Source: Eledone cirrhosa (taxonomy: Eukaryota). Taken from it: a stretch of 64,000 nt of DNA. The DNA lies in contig OZ024763.1 in the NCBI GenBank assembly GCA_964016885.1, positions 4,154,001-4,218,000 on the forward strand, given 5' to 3'. This document shows, piece by piece, positions 36,430-48,262 of this stretch; position 1 is the first letter of the stretch; every line of letters starts with the position of its first letter. The notes under the pieces were generated by a model, which was not told the origin of the DNA, made no database searches, and worked only from the letters and a program-made list of their open reading frames with translations. A program made the position numbers and the translations under genes.

Positions 36430-37856
36430 AACATCCTGAAGATGACCCATGGTCTGGAGGTCCTGAAACTGCCATCACTGAGGAAAACATTGATCATCTT
36501 CATCCCATGGTAATAGATGAGAAGTGATTGACTATAAATCAAATAGCCAATGTTACTCACATATCATATGAGAGAGTTGAGAATATTCTGCACCATCAAC
36601 TTGGCATGATGATGGTTTCTGCTCAGTGGGTGCCACGTCTTCTGACACCTGAGAAAAAGCACACCAAACTGATCACATCAGTAAAAACACCCCTCTTCAC
36701 TGGCTCCAAAGAAGGCCAAAGTTGTTTCATTTGCAGGGAAGAGGATGGCTTCAGTTTTTGGGGATGTAAAAGGTATTGTTTATTGTCTTTCAAAGGACCT
36801 CACCATCAACTTTGCCAACTTACTGAATCTGCTCAGTGGGTGCCACGTCTTCTGACACCTGAGAAAAAGCACACCAAACTGATCACATCACGGGAAAATC
36901 TGACATTGTTTGAGACAGATCCAGCTGGCTTCCTTGAATGTTTCCTAACTCAGGGTGAATGTTGGGTTCATCACATTGAGCCAGAGATAATCCATATAGT
37001 AAAAACACCCCTCTTCACTGGCTCCAAAGAAGTCCAAAGTTATTTCATTTGCAGGGAAGAGGATGGCTTCAGTTTTTGGGGATGTAAAAAGTATTGTTTA
37101 TTATCTTTCAAAGGACCTCACCATCAATGGTGAGTACTTTGCCAACTTACTGAGGCAGTTATGAAAGTCTATCAAGACCAAACGCCCAGGGAAACTAATG
37201 AAACGACAATGATCCAACACACAAGTCCTTGGTTTCAATGACTGCTGTGCATTTGGCCCCATTTGACTATCATCTGTTCCCCAACATGAAAGAATACTTG
37301 GCTGGGAACCAGTATCACAGTCAAGATGATGTCATATCTGCTGTTGACTTTTTTGACCAACAGGATGAAACCTTCTTCACCAATGGGATCCAAGCACTGC
37401 AACTCTAATAGAAGAAGTGTGTGGACCGCAAGGAAGACTATCATCATTCATTTCATTTCATTTTACGTCCACTTTTCCCTGCTTGCAAGGGTGGGACGGG
37501 AACTGATTCTGGCTTGATTTCTACAGCTGGATGCCCTTCCTAACACCAACCTCATTTACAGTGAGGGCTGGGTGCTTTTATGCCGTGGCACCTCCACGAC
37601 CACTTTGCAGTGGAATGATATGGACCCTAGTCCCTATCACCTCATTTCTACAGCTGAGTAAACTGGAGCAATGTGAAATAAAGTGTCTTGCTCAAGGAAA
37701 CAACACATCACCCGGTCTGAGAATTGAACTCACAACCTTTCGATTGCAAGGCCAATGCTCTAACCACTAAGCCATGTGCCTCCTATGTTGAAAAATAAAC
37801 CTCATTGGTCACATTCCCTCTTGGTCAAACTATGAACTTTTCAAACGACCCTCGTA
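36430..37856 (+). mobile_element. Decayed mariner transposon with internal duplication and a SINE-A insertion (37441-37783, minus)
   Basis: EDDPWSGGP, ISYERVENILHHQLGM, WVPRLL motifs; right TIR TATGAACTTTTCAAACGACCCTCGTA; frameshifts and stops. Confidence 0.88.
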
Positions 37857-38296
37857 CACACATATTTAAACAGATAATCATAAATATTGATCAAAATAAA
37901 ATTATTTCAATCAAATTACACACACACATATATATATAATCATCATCATCATCATCGTTTAACGTCCATATTCCACGCTCGCATGGGTTTGGACGGGAGT
38001 TTTCCCACTTGAGGCAAGAGTGGTTATCTTGCTCGCATAGGACTGTCTGGCGGGTTTTCTACGGCTGGATGCCCTTCCTAACACCAACCACATTTACAGT
38101 GTGGAACTGGGAGGTTTTTACCGTGTTACCTACACGGCCACATTACAGCGTGGACTGTGTGTTTTTTTGTTGTGACACCTACACGACCTCGTTTGTTTCG
38201 GCCTGGATGTTGTGGTATCGACATAACTTTACATTGAAAGGGGTGGGGGTAGTGGGACGGGGGTGTATTTTGTTAGAGGTGCCTACTGACTGTAGT

Positions 38297-38360
<64 letters not shown>

Positions 38361-39169
38361 CACTACTGATCTAGAAAAAAAACCACATCGACTTGCTTCC
38401 CTCCACCACCCAAACTTCGTAGTCCTTTTTACTTCACTCAAAAGGATAAGGTTTATTTTCATCCATCAAGTAATGTAGCCTCTTATTTTTTCTCCAACCA
38501 TGCCATCCCATTCATTACAGGTCACGCAGCTTGTTTTCCTTCAGACTACATCTTTTCGTTTCTCTTCTGCCATATATAATAAGTTGAAGTGTGTGTGTTT
38601 TTATTGGCAACATGACCCTCCCAAAATATAACAATGTTTCAGATAAATCTTGCAAATATATATATATATATATATTTCGATTGCAAGGCCAATGCTCTAA
38701 CCACTAAGTCATATGCCTCCTATATATATATGTGAGTTCAATTCTCAGACCGGGTGATGCGTTGTTTCCTTGAACAAGACACTTTATTTCACATTGCTCC
38801 AGTTTACTCAGCTGTAGAAATGAGATGATAGGGACTGGGGTCCCTATCATTCCACTGCAAAGTGGTCATGGAGGTGCCACGGCAAAAAAGCACCCAGCCC
38901 ACACTGTAAATGAGGTTGGTGTTAGGAAGGGCATCCAGCTGTAGAAATGAAGCCAGAATCAGTTCCCGTCTCACCTTTGCAAGCAGGGAAAAGTGGACAT
39001 AAAATGATGATGATGATGATGATATAATATATCATCATCATCATCGTTTAACGTCCATCTTCCACGCTTGCATATATATATAGGGACGTCACGTATGAAA
39101 TTTGTAGAGAAAAAAAAATCTACAAATTTCATACTTGACCACCCAATATATATAAACATACACACACAC

Positions 39170-39466
39170 TCCCTATATTGCCAAGAATATACTTGTTTTG
39201 TTGACCTTGAGAAGGCATATGACTGCGTTCCTCGGGACTTGCTGTCGAAGGTTGTACAGGAGTATGGGATTGATGGTCAGCTTTTTGCCTCCCTGATGTC
39301 TCTATACAAATGCTCGAGTATTTGTGTTCAGATAAATAGTGCTAAATCGAAACCATTCAATGTGGGATGCAGACCCCGCCAAGGGTGCGTACTGTCACCT
39401 CTCCTGTTCATTGTTGACATGAACAGCCAGGTTGGAAGTGGTATCATGACTGATGGGTGTAAATAG
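39170..39466 (+). mobile_element. RTE-type LINE RT fragment
   Basis: CFVDLEKAYDCVPR...RQGCVLSPLLF. Confidence 0.85.
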
Positions 39467-39644
39467 TAATAAGGATATTTATATTTATATATGTTTAATG
39501 CAACTATAAATATGGAGGGTAGTTCTAAGTACTAGCTGGTTACCGGTATGACAAAGGGCTCAATGCAAATTTTCAAGTGTTTTACAGAGCCGAGATACAA
39601 AGTGTTAAAACGATCAAATTTTAGTTTAGAACATTTATTTGCTG

Positions 39645-40358
39645 ACAATTATGGCACTGTCTTGGCATTAGCTGTCAGAAGTGAAAGTAGAAGAAGGTGA
39701 CGTCATTCATCAACCTTCTCAATCGTTTATTTTCGTATCACCACGCGTTTATTTATGTTTATGATTTTCTAAGAGATACGTTTACGATGAGATACACTTA
39801 TTAAAAAAAAATATGGGTACCAAATAACCCCGTAGTTTTCGAGAGAAACGATAATATACAATCTTATTTAACATGTGCATTAAAAACTACGCTAGCTGTT
39901 ACAATTGTAATTAACGTGTAAGCAAAAGCTTAGATAACAATAAAGCATATCGATGTAAGTGGAGTTAACTTAAATGAAAATATAGGAGGCCCTTAAAAGG
40001 GCCGGTGTTGAACTTAAATTTGTTTTCTAATTTGATAACCATGACTTGTTTCAACACCGGCCCTTTTAAGGGCCACCTATATTTTCATTTAAGTTCTTAC
40101 ACGTTAATTACAATTGTAACAGCTAGTGTAGTTTTTAATACATGTTAAATAAGATTGTATATTATCGTTTCTCTCGAAAACTACGTGGTTATTTGGTACC
40201 CATATTTTTTTTTTAAGTGTATCTCATCGTAAATGTATCTCTTAGAAACATAAATAAACGCGTGGTGATACGGAAATAAACGATTGAGAAGGTTGACGAA
40301 TGACGTCACCTTCTACTTTCACTTCTGACAGCTAATACCATGCCAGTGCCACAATTGT
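39645..40358. repeat. Large inverted repeat (arms 310-365 bp, about 38-nt centre)
   Basis: 39645-40012 versus 40050-40358; the left arm has an extra segment of about 45 bp. Confidence 0.95.
40059..40074 (+). other. Replication-dependent histone mRNA 3' stem-loop motif (mirror copy at 39988-40003, minus)
   Basis: CAACACC-GGCCCT-TTTA-AGGGCC-ACC matches the 6-bp stem, 4-nt loop SLBP element and its flanks; no histone ORF upstream. Confidence 0.7.
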
Positions 40359-40394
40359 TTCTTCCAGAGGGAAGTCTGGAATCATCAGAGCATA
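40346..40394 (-). ncRNA. Degenerate hammerhead motif at the outer end of the large palindrome
   Basis: AUGCU-CUGAUGA-UUCCAGA-CUUCCC-UCUGGAA-GAAA-CAAUUG-U-GGCA; perfect 7-bp stem II; cleavage nucleotide H17 appears missing. Confidence 0.6.
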
Positions 40395-40399
40395 GGGAA

Positions 40400-41570
40400 T
40401 GTCGAAACGTGATTAAAATCCTAGTCATTCAGAACATTTAGGGTACATAATTGTTGTTAGTGTCAAAGGCATCATGTGGAGAGTCAGGAGTTAAAAAGAG
40501 GTTATGCTTGAGAGAACAATTACAGGCAGCACTGGTTGAAAGTGTAAGAGGTATAGGTAAAAAGTACAGGCGAAAATGTTATAAGCAAGGAAAAGTGGTG
40601 TACAATGCAGGAGTCAATACAATCAATAAGGCATGTATGAGGAAAGAGTTATAATGCAGTTGAAATAAACATTTTGTGTGGGGTGTTAAAGCATGTTATA
40701 GGTGTTACAAATGTTTAAGATAATGTGCAATTTGTTAGAGAGGCATGTGGTGATAATATAGGTATTTTGTTATGTAAGGCGTAATGCAAAGCATAGGTGA
40801 TTTTCATTCAAGTGTTTTTGTGTTGTAGTTCGTATGTATGTGTGTATGTTGTTTGTTCCTCACAGCTATTCACCATGGGGATATTTTGAGTCGTTTATAG
40901 TCAATAGGTGTTTGTTTGTTAAATGTAGATCCCACCCAATTACTGGCCATGTTGTTGTAGGTATATTATCTTATGCATTTTTTATCTACAAATTATCTTT
41001 TCTAGGGTGTGTATTAACCGTTACTAAGCTGTTGGTAAACCGTTAGGTTGCTTAAGAGTTTACACAGGAAGTTGTAAAGGGGGTTAATAACAAAGGGGGG
41101 TAATTAAGGTTGTTGATAAATTAAGGGTTGTTTTATTATTATTGTTTTAAGTTAATCTTTATAGAGTATATAAAATATTATTGGTTATATAATTGTTATC
41201 TTTTAAACTTGTGTGGAGGGAGTTAACACATTTTTTTTTAAATTTATTTTATTATAACTAGATAGTTTTTATATAGTTAGTGTATGTATATTTAATATAA
41301 GGTATATACATATGTGTGAGAATGTGTATATATATATATATTGTGCAGAGAGAGTTGAAGTTGTTTGCCAGGATAGGGAGTTGCACAATATATACTGGAG
41401 TAATTGGTGTTATATACACAGTTGTCTGCTATTTAGTTGGTGTTGTATATTGAGAGTATATTGGAGTGTCTATATTATTTAATTATTTTAATTGTATAAG
41501 GTAAGAGATCAAAGGGGTTAATTGACAGTATATAGGTTAGTGTTGTCTTTTAATTAAGGTGTAGTCCTAT
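40400..41570 (-). mobile_element. Highly decayed Penelope-like 3' region (tentative)
   Basis: Strong A/C-rich minus strand, a KYPHG-N remnant like the PLE terminal PxGLN, followed by a hammerhead core. Confidence 0.35.
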
Positions 41571-43235
41571 ATTTATCATCATCATCATCACTGTTTTACG
41601 TCCGTTCTTCCACGCTAGCATGGGTTAGACGGGTTGTCCTGTTGTGTGCAGTGTCTGGTCGGCTGACCATGCCTTGCTCATACAGGAACTGATCTGGCTT
41701 GATTTCTACAGCTGGATGCCCTTCCTAACACCAACCTCATTTACAGTGAGTGCTGAGTGCTTTTTCGTGGTGCCTACACGTCCACTTTACAGTGTGGGCT
41801 GGGTGCTTTTTTGCCGTGGCACCTCCACGACCACCTTGCGGTGGGGGTGTGGGGGCATATTATTTATATACTTCAGCATGTACCCATGGGAGGTAGGGTA
41901 CTCAGTATTACTGCGTGACGCCAGAAGTCACGGTCGTGTGTCATTTATGGATAAATTAAAAGGTGGTGGTCTAGTGTTATCTCCGACATTGGTTTTTATT
42001 TTTATTATTATTATTATTAGTTACTAGGTTTGAAGTAGTGGAAAGAGAATCTATGGTAATGTGGACACGTGGACTAGCCATCGATTTACAAATTTTACAT
42101 GGTGGCCGAAGACTAGAAAAGCAATCTTTTCGTTCCCGTCAAAAGTCCTCAGCCAACGTGTCTCACACACACATTATTAATAGATGAAAAGATGGTTATT
42201 AGATATAGCAGTCCACATCGATGTATGATAGAATGGTAGCATTCGGCTCATGTCTCCACCAAGTCCCATGGCTAGCGGAAAGCGATGGTAACAATGGTAG
42301 CGCCAACAACCTTTAACGGACTTTAAATGCCATTATCCATTATAGAGCAATATAGAAGCGAGCTGAAATGTGTCAGCCGTGTGCGTAGAGAACCAGTCTA
42401 TTTCACAACTTAAAAGAGTGAGAGATAAAATTAATTGTTTCTACTTTGGGCACAAGGCCAGCAATTACCCAGTACATTACTGGTACTTTATTTTATCGTA
42501 AGGATGAAAGGCAAAGTTAACCTCGGCGGGATTTGAACTCAGATCGTAAAGAGACGTAACTATGCTGGAAAGCATGGCGTCCGACCCTCTACTTTGGGCA
42601 CAAGGCCAGCAATTACCCAGTACATTACTGGTACTTTATTTTATCGACCCCGTAAGGATGAAAGGCAAAGTTAACCTCGGCGGGATTTGAACTCATACCG
42701 TAGAGATGTAACTATGCTAGAAAGCATGGCGTCCAACCCTCTACCGATACTGCCAATTCACCGTGAGAGATAAAATTAATAGCAGGAAAATAGAGCGCAT
42801 ATCAAAACAAAAACAATAAAAAAAGTGAAAAATTGTTTAACTTATTCTCAAAAGTCCACTAGTTGGGAGATAATAATAATTGTTTCTACTTTTGGCACAA
42901 GGCCAGCAATTACCCAGTGCATTACTGGTATAATAATAAAGGAGTTGACGGACCCAGCATATTTATCAATGCCAGGACCGGTTGTATCTCAGCGTTCTCC
43001 ATGGGCAATGTAAGATACATCCCAACATCCCAGAGTATACAGATAGTTATTCGCTTCAATACAACACACGTAAAATAAATATGTATATATATAGTTGTTA
43101 TATATCGTAAGGTGCAATATTGGTTGTGTACAAAGATCCAATAACTTTATGTTAGCAATATTAAGTTCTCAACGCTTTTGTATATCCCCAATTCCATTCG
43201 AGGGAACAGCTAGATGATGTAAAACGGAGTATAAG

Positions 43236-43404
43236 TATCAAAATGAAAATTAGAAGGCAAGGTAAAATTCCAATCATTTAATCACGACATATGTTTCAAT
43301 AAGAGATAGACCAATTGCTTCACAATCGATCTATCTCTTATTGAAACATATGTCGTGATTAAATGATTGGAATTTTACCTTGCCTTCGGATTTTCATTTT
43401 GATA
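43236..43404. repeat. Fold-back palindrome containing a hammerhead 3' half
   Basis: Arms of about 80 bp; GAAACATATGTCGTGATTAAAT resembles the 18648-18673 motif. Confidence 0.9.
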
Positions 43405-43572
43405 TATATAGAGACACAAAGTGTTTTGTGGCAGTATGCTAAAGTTCCGTTTAGTTCTACTATGGGATGAAGTTTAAAGTGAAACCTAATAATATATAAT
43501 ACAATTCTGCTACATGAAACCACCAGTAAATAGTTATTACTTTTATACCAATACATGTACACATCACCTGTA

Positions 43573-43599
<27 letters not shown>

Positions 43600-43604
<5 letters not shown>

Positions 43605-43786
43605 TAATGTATAATAAACAATACAATATAATTACCTCATTACCAGAGGTTTCCCGAATAAGACGGATCCAAGGTCCGCATTCGTTGGTTAGACGAACGA
43701 ATGCTGACCTTTCTTGTATCCGTCTTATTCGGGAAACCTCTGGTAATGAGGTAATTATATTGTATTGTTTATTATACATTAAATAT
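43600..43786. repeat. Fold-back palindrome with a degenerate hammerhead
   Basis: Arms of about 87 bp; GAAA-CCUC-UGGUAAU-GAGG-UA forms stem III and triplet; UAGACGA replaces CUGANGA. Confidence 0.9.
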
Positions 43787-44200
43787 TTAGCTCTGTCACT
43801 TACATAGAGCACTCTTCATTTCCTCCGACTTTTTCAACGGAAACTTCAACATATATATATATATAGTGAAAACTGGAACGGGAACAAAGACAGAGAGGCA
43901 GTACAAACAAAGGTTTATTAGTTTCACGCTCTTGAGAGTGAGGGGGTGATATATATGTATGTATATATATATACATACATATACGAAGGTATATATATAT
44001 ATATATCTCCATACACACACGAAGGTATATATATATATATATATATATACATACACACACACGAAGGTATATATATATATATATACTCAGACATTCCCAC
44101 ACATACGGTTTAAAACGTATCCGATATGTTTTCCCTGAAACCACACATACGTATATAAATAGTTAAGTATTTATTTTAAATATATATAAAAATATCTTAC

Positions 44201-44274
44201 TTAAAGTCTTTAGTTTTCGAGAATAAATCGCGTACGAAGACTTCCATACGTTTCCGTTCGTCCGCCACCTCCAT
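44201..44274 (-). CDS. HIRIP3: HIRIP3-like exon 1
   Basis: AAG ATG GAG start context; MEVADERKRMEVFVRDLFSKTKDF + AA|gtaaga (phase 2 fits exon 2); recalled human MAREKEMQEFTRSFFRGRPDLS. Confidence 0.88.
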
Positions 44275-44599
44275 CTTTCGCCGCGTGTTATGACAGCCAG
44301 GCAGAGAGTTACGTCCCTTTATAGTCTGAGTTCAAATCTGTACTGGGATAATTGCTGGCCTTATAGTAGAAACAGTTATGACCAATATATGGCCAATAGT
44401 AGAAACAGTTATGACAGCCAATAACACTAACAACAACAATTATAACAATACCAACAACAATAACTATAACAACCACGATTACAACAACAATAATTACGAC
44501 AATAAAATATTCGCTCCAATAATGTCCACAATATGTACAACAATAATTACAATAAAAACATACACAACAATAATACTAAACAACTATAAAGAAGTCACC

Positions 44600-44860
44600 T
44601 CCTAAACAGAAGAGTTCCATAAATAACCCCGAACAAGAACGATCACTCTAATATCTCGTTATCCTCACACACCGCCTATTTTTTAAAGTATAAAATGCTC
44701 TTTGTTTTACTTTTTTTTTGCATACAGTTGAAATTTGCAATGTTAGCAGACTTTTATTCCTTCTGTAGCCTCTAGCAATGTCCAAAGTAGGGGTCAATCA
44801 GCACCTAATTTCAATCCAATTCTAATCTGTTTCCCTTTACCAACGCATTTCTCAGGTGAG
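44600..44860 (+). other. Probable 5' non-coding exon of the SLX4IP-like gene (start approximate)
   Basis: Tandem donors CAG|GTGAG|GTAAGT at 44856 and 44861; the strongest downstream acceptor seen is at 48247. Confidence 0.5.
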
Positions 44861-45743
44861 GTAAGTTGTGTTTATGCTTGCATCTATTTTCCCCCGTAGC
44901 TTCTCGGATATATTTTTAATAATTTAATTTTGCTGATTTGGACTATTGTAAATAAATATTTTACACATTTATGTATATATGGTAAATAAATAAATATATA
45001 TATATATATATGATTTCTGAAAATAATTGAATCAAACTCCCATTGTCACTGCATTCGTCTCTCTCGCTCTTCTCATTTCCCACTATTAAACATGAATGGA
45101 GGCCCGGCGTGTAGATTAGAGAATAATGTAAATATTTACGAACAGAAAAAAAAAAAACAACCAGGCAAAGCGAAGTTGGGCTCCATACATATAACTAACA
45201 TTTTCCACATATATTTATCTGCAGCTTCTCGGATATTTAATTAAATAATTTGCTGGAATAGCCCTTATGTTCAAAACACCAACTTAATAATGGGATAATT
45301 AGTTATATTATTAAATTTGAATTCCTGTATATTTTCATAATCATTTGAAAACTATAGGCAGTGCCTTTCATTAGAAATATAATAACGAAAGGGAGTGTCT
45401 TTCATCGAAATATGGTAATGAAAGGGTTAAAGATGATGAAAAAATGTATAATTTATTATTTCTCAGTTATCAATTATTTTCTACGTATTAAGTAGGGCGA
45501 TCGCATATATATATATATGCACACACGTATATATCTATCTTATATATACATATCTATCGTTAAGGAGATGACGAAGGGCCGTGACGAATGGAGAGATGCT
45601 GTGCTGAAACGGACCCGTCCCACCTTTGCAAGCAAGGGAAAGCAGACGTAAAATGATTATGATGATGATATGCACACACGTACACATATACATATATATA
45701 TATATATATATACACACACGTGTATATATATATTTATATATAT

Positions 45744-47097
45744 TCACACACACACATGGTCAAGATTTGATGACGTGGTGTTACGGTTTTCCTCCTTTCT
45801 TTTGTCCTCGCTGGTGACTCTGTCAGTGTTTATGGTGGACCACTGGTGATGGTCGATGTGACAGGCACCAAGGGATTTTTTCAAAAAGTCCTTGTATCGC
45901 TTCCTTGGTGCCCCTCTGTTGCAATGACCAGTGGAGAGTTCACCGTGCAATGTGATACTGGGTAGATGATGATCCTTCATCCTGGAGATGTGCCCTGCCC
46001 AGCATAGTTGGGACTTCAGCAACATCAGCTTGATGCTGGTGACCTCCGCCCATTCAAGGACTTCAACATTGGTGATAAAGTCACTCCTGTGAATATTGAG
46101 GATGGTGTGGAGGCAGTACTGGTGGAAGTACTCAAGGAGTCGAAGGTTGTAGTGATCCATGACTCGGAGCCATATTGGAGGGTGGTAAGGACTATGGCTC
46201 TGTACACTCTGACTTTGGTGCCCTTCTTCAGGTGTTTGTAGTCTGCCAAAAGCATTGTTTGCCTTTGCTAGTCTGTCAATTTCTCTGTCAATGTTGGCAT
46301 CTGGTGTGATGGTGAACCAATGGATCATTTTCTATTCAGTCTCGCCAAGTGATGTGGGGGAGGGCGATGCTCTTCCCGATATATATATCTGTGGTGCTCC
46401 TGTCAACACTGAATCTGCACTGGCTCTCTGGGAAGTGTTCTTCGGTGATGATTGTTACCTGTCCCTGGTAATTTGAGAAACCTGACTTTTCTCCTTTGTT
46501 CTTGTACAGGGTGATGATGAATGCACCACCGAGATTGTGTGGTTGATTACCCTGATCCCAGCAACAGACTAAGAGTTCTACATGTAACGCTGGGCCCCCA
46601 TGCTTCAAAATCTCAGGTGAAACTCCATTGACACTTTGCCACTCTTTAGTTACTCTATGGCTTTCGTGGTGTTTTCAATGGTGGGCAACTCATCCAGTTC
46701 TGCTTTTACTAATTGTTGGGGAATGTAGAGAATTTGTGATTCTTGGACAGTGTGGTTAGTACTGAAGGGGGCCTGGAAATGTCCTGACCAACGGCTTGTG
46801 AGAAACGCCTAACCATCTGTACAAAGAACTTGATGCATAGGGCCATACACCTTTGGAGAAGCTCCTGATGTCTCCGGTGTCTGCACACAGCTGAGTTATC
46901 TCTCAACAAGGTTGCTCCACCATTGTTCTGAATGTCTCGGAGTTTGCACTGGAGGTTACTACATACGAGGCAGAATGCAGTTTTCTCTTTAAGACAAGAT
47001 GGCTGAGCTAAGTGGGTCTGGTGGGTGGATCTTTTCTTCACCAGTAATTCTTGAATTATCCTGTTGTTTTCACCAAACTAGTCTTCATTCTTCTTCA
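45744..47097 (-). mobile_element. Decayed RTE/BovB-like LINE
   Basis: ANIDREIDRLAKANNAFGRL, TKVRVYRAIVLTTL-YGSESW, QLCWAGHISRM, GAPRKRYKD; many frameshifts. Confidence 0.9.
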
Positions 47098-48262
47098 ACC
47101 CTTTAGCATTTAAACCAGCCATATCCAGCCAGAATTCTTTCACCTCTTTCTGTTCAAACCGGCCACTCATACTGATATTAAGGTGTTAAATTCTTAATTT
47201 ATTGAAACAGAGTGTATACCATTAGACATGTGGTCATGAAGGGGTTAAAAGTAATCCGAAGTGGTGTGCAAGAGAGAAGATTGCGTTGATACAGACGTGA
47301 TGCGCATGGATGATGATCGCTGAGTGAAGAAGTGCCAGTGGAGGAAGCTGCATTAGAGGTAGACCAAGAAAGAGCTGGGCAGAAGTGCTGAGAACTGATC
47401 TCAAATTGCTGAGACTCTCGGAGGAGATGACGAAGGCACAAGGCAAGTGGTGGGATGCTGTGTTGAAAAGGAACCATACAACCCATGCGAGCGTGGAAAA
47501 ATGGACATAAAAAGGTTGATGATAATGATATATATATATATAGATAGATAGATACAAATTTCTATAATAAAATAAAGATATATATATATATATATATATA
47601 TATATGGTAGTGTTTATGCCACTATAAAATGCTCCCAGTTCACTCTGTACAGTGTTAGAGCCATGGTAGAATGCATCCAGTACATTCTGTCAAATGTTAA
47701 TGTTGGTGCTACAATAAAATGCACCAAGTCCACTCCTCTTTATGTTAAGTGGTTGCACTGGTGTCACAATAAGATGCACCATCTCATTACATCCTGTTAA
47801 GTATTGATACCATGATAAAATGTCTCCAGTTCATTCTGTAAAGTAGTAGTACTGGTTTCACAATAAAATACACCCAGTAGACTCTGTAAAGTAGTAGTTC
47901 TGGTGTCACAAAATACACCCAGTACACTCTGGAAAATGGTAGTGTTGGTACCACAATAAAGTGCCTCCCATGCACTTTAAGTGGTATTAGTGCTAGCGAC
48001 CCATTAAAATAATGCAATACTCCTTATAAAGTAGGTGGCATTAAGAAGGCCATCGAACTGTAAAACCCATGCCAAAATGGAACTACAAGTGATCATATGA
48101 CCTATTTAGTCTCAATGTGACAACCTTTCCAATCCATGCCTGCCAGCACTGAAAACTTGTAAAATATTGATGATGATGATGACTAAAATATATTTATCAT
48201 TTGTTTATTTACTAATCTTTTTTTTTTTTTTTTATATTCTTCCTCAGGAAACCTTTGAAGTC

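Noticed and set aside
36436-36475. CTGAAGA...GAAAC hammerhead-like string
   Set aside because: It is mariner coding sequence (EDDPWSGGPET); stems I and III do not form
39900-40100. Histone gene
   Set aside because: Only the stem-loop is present; no histone coding sequence on either strand
48167-48247. N-terminal MMMMMTKIYLSF extension of the 559-aa ORF
   Set aside because: Repeat tail plus polypyrimidine tract upstream of a clear acceptor
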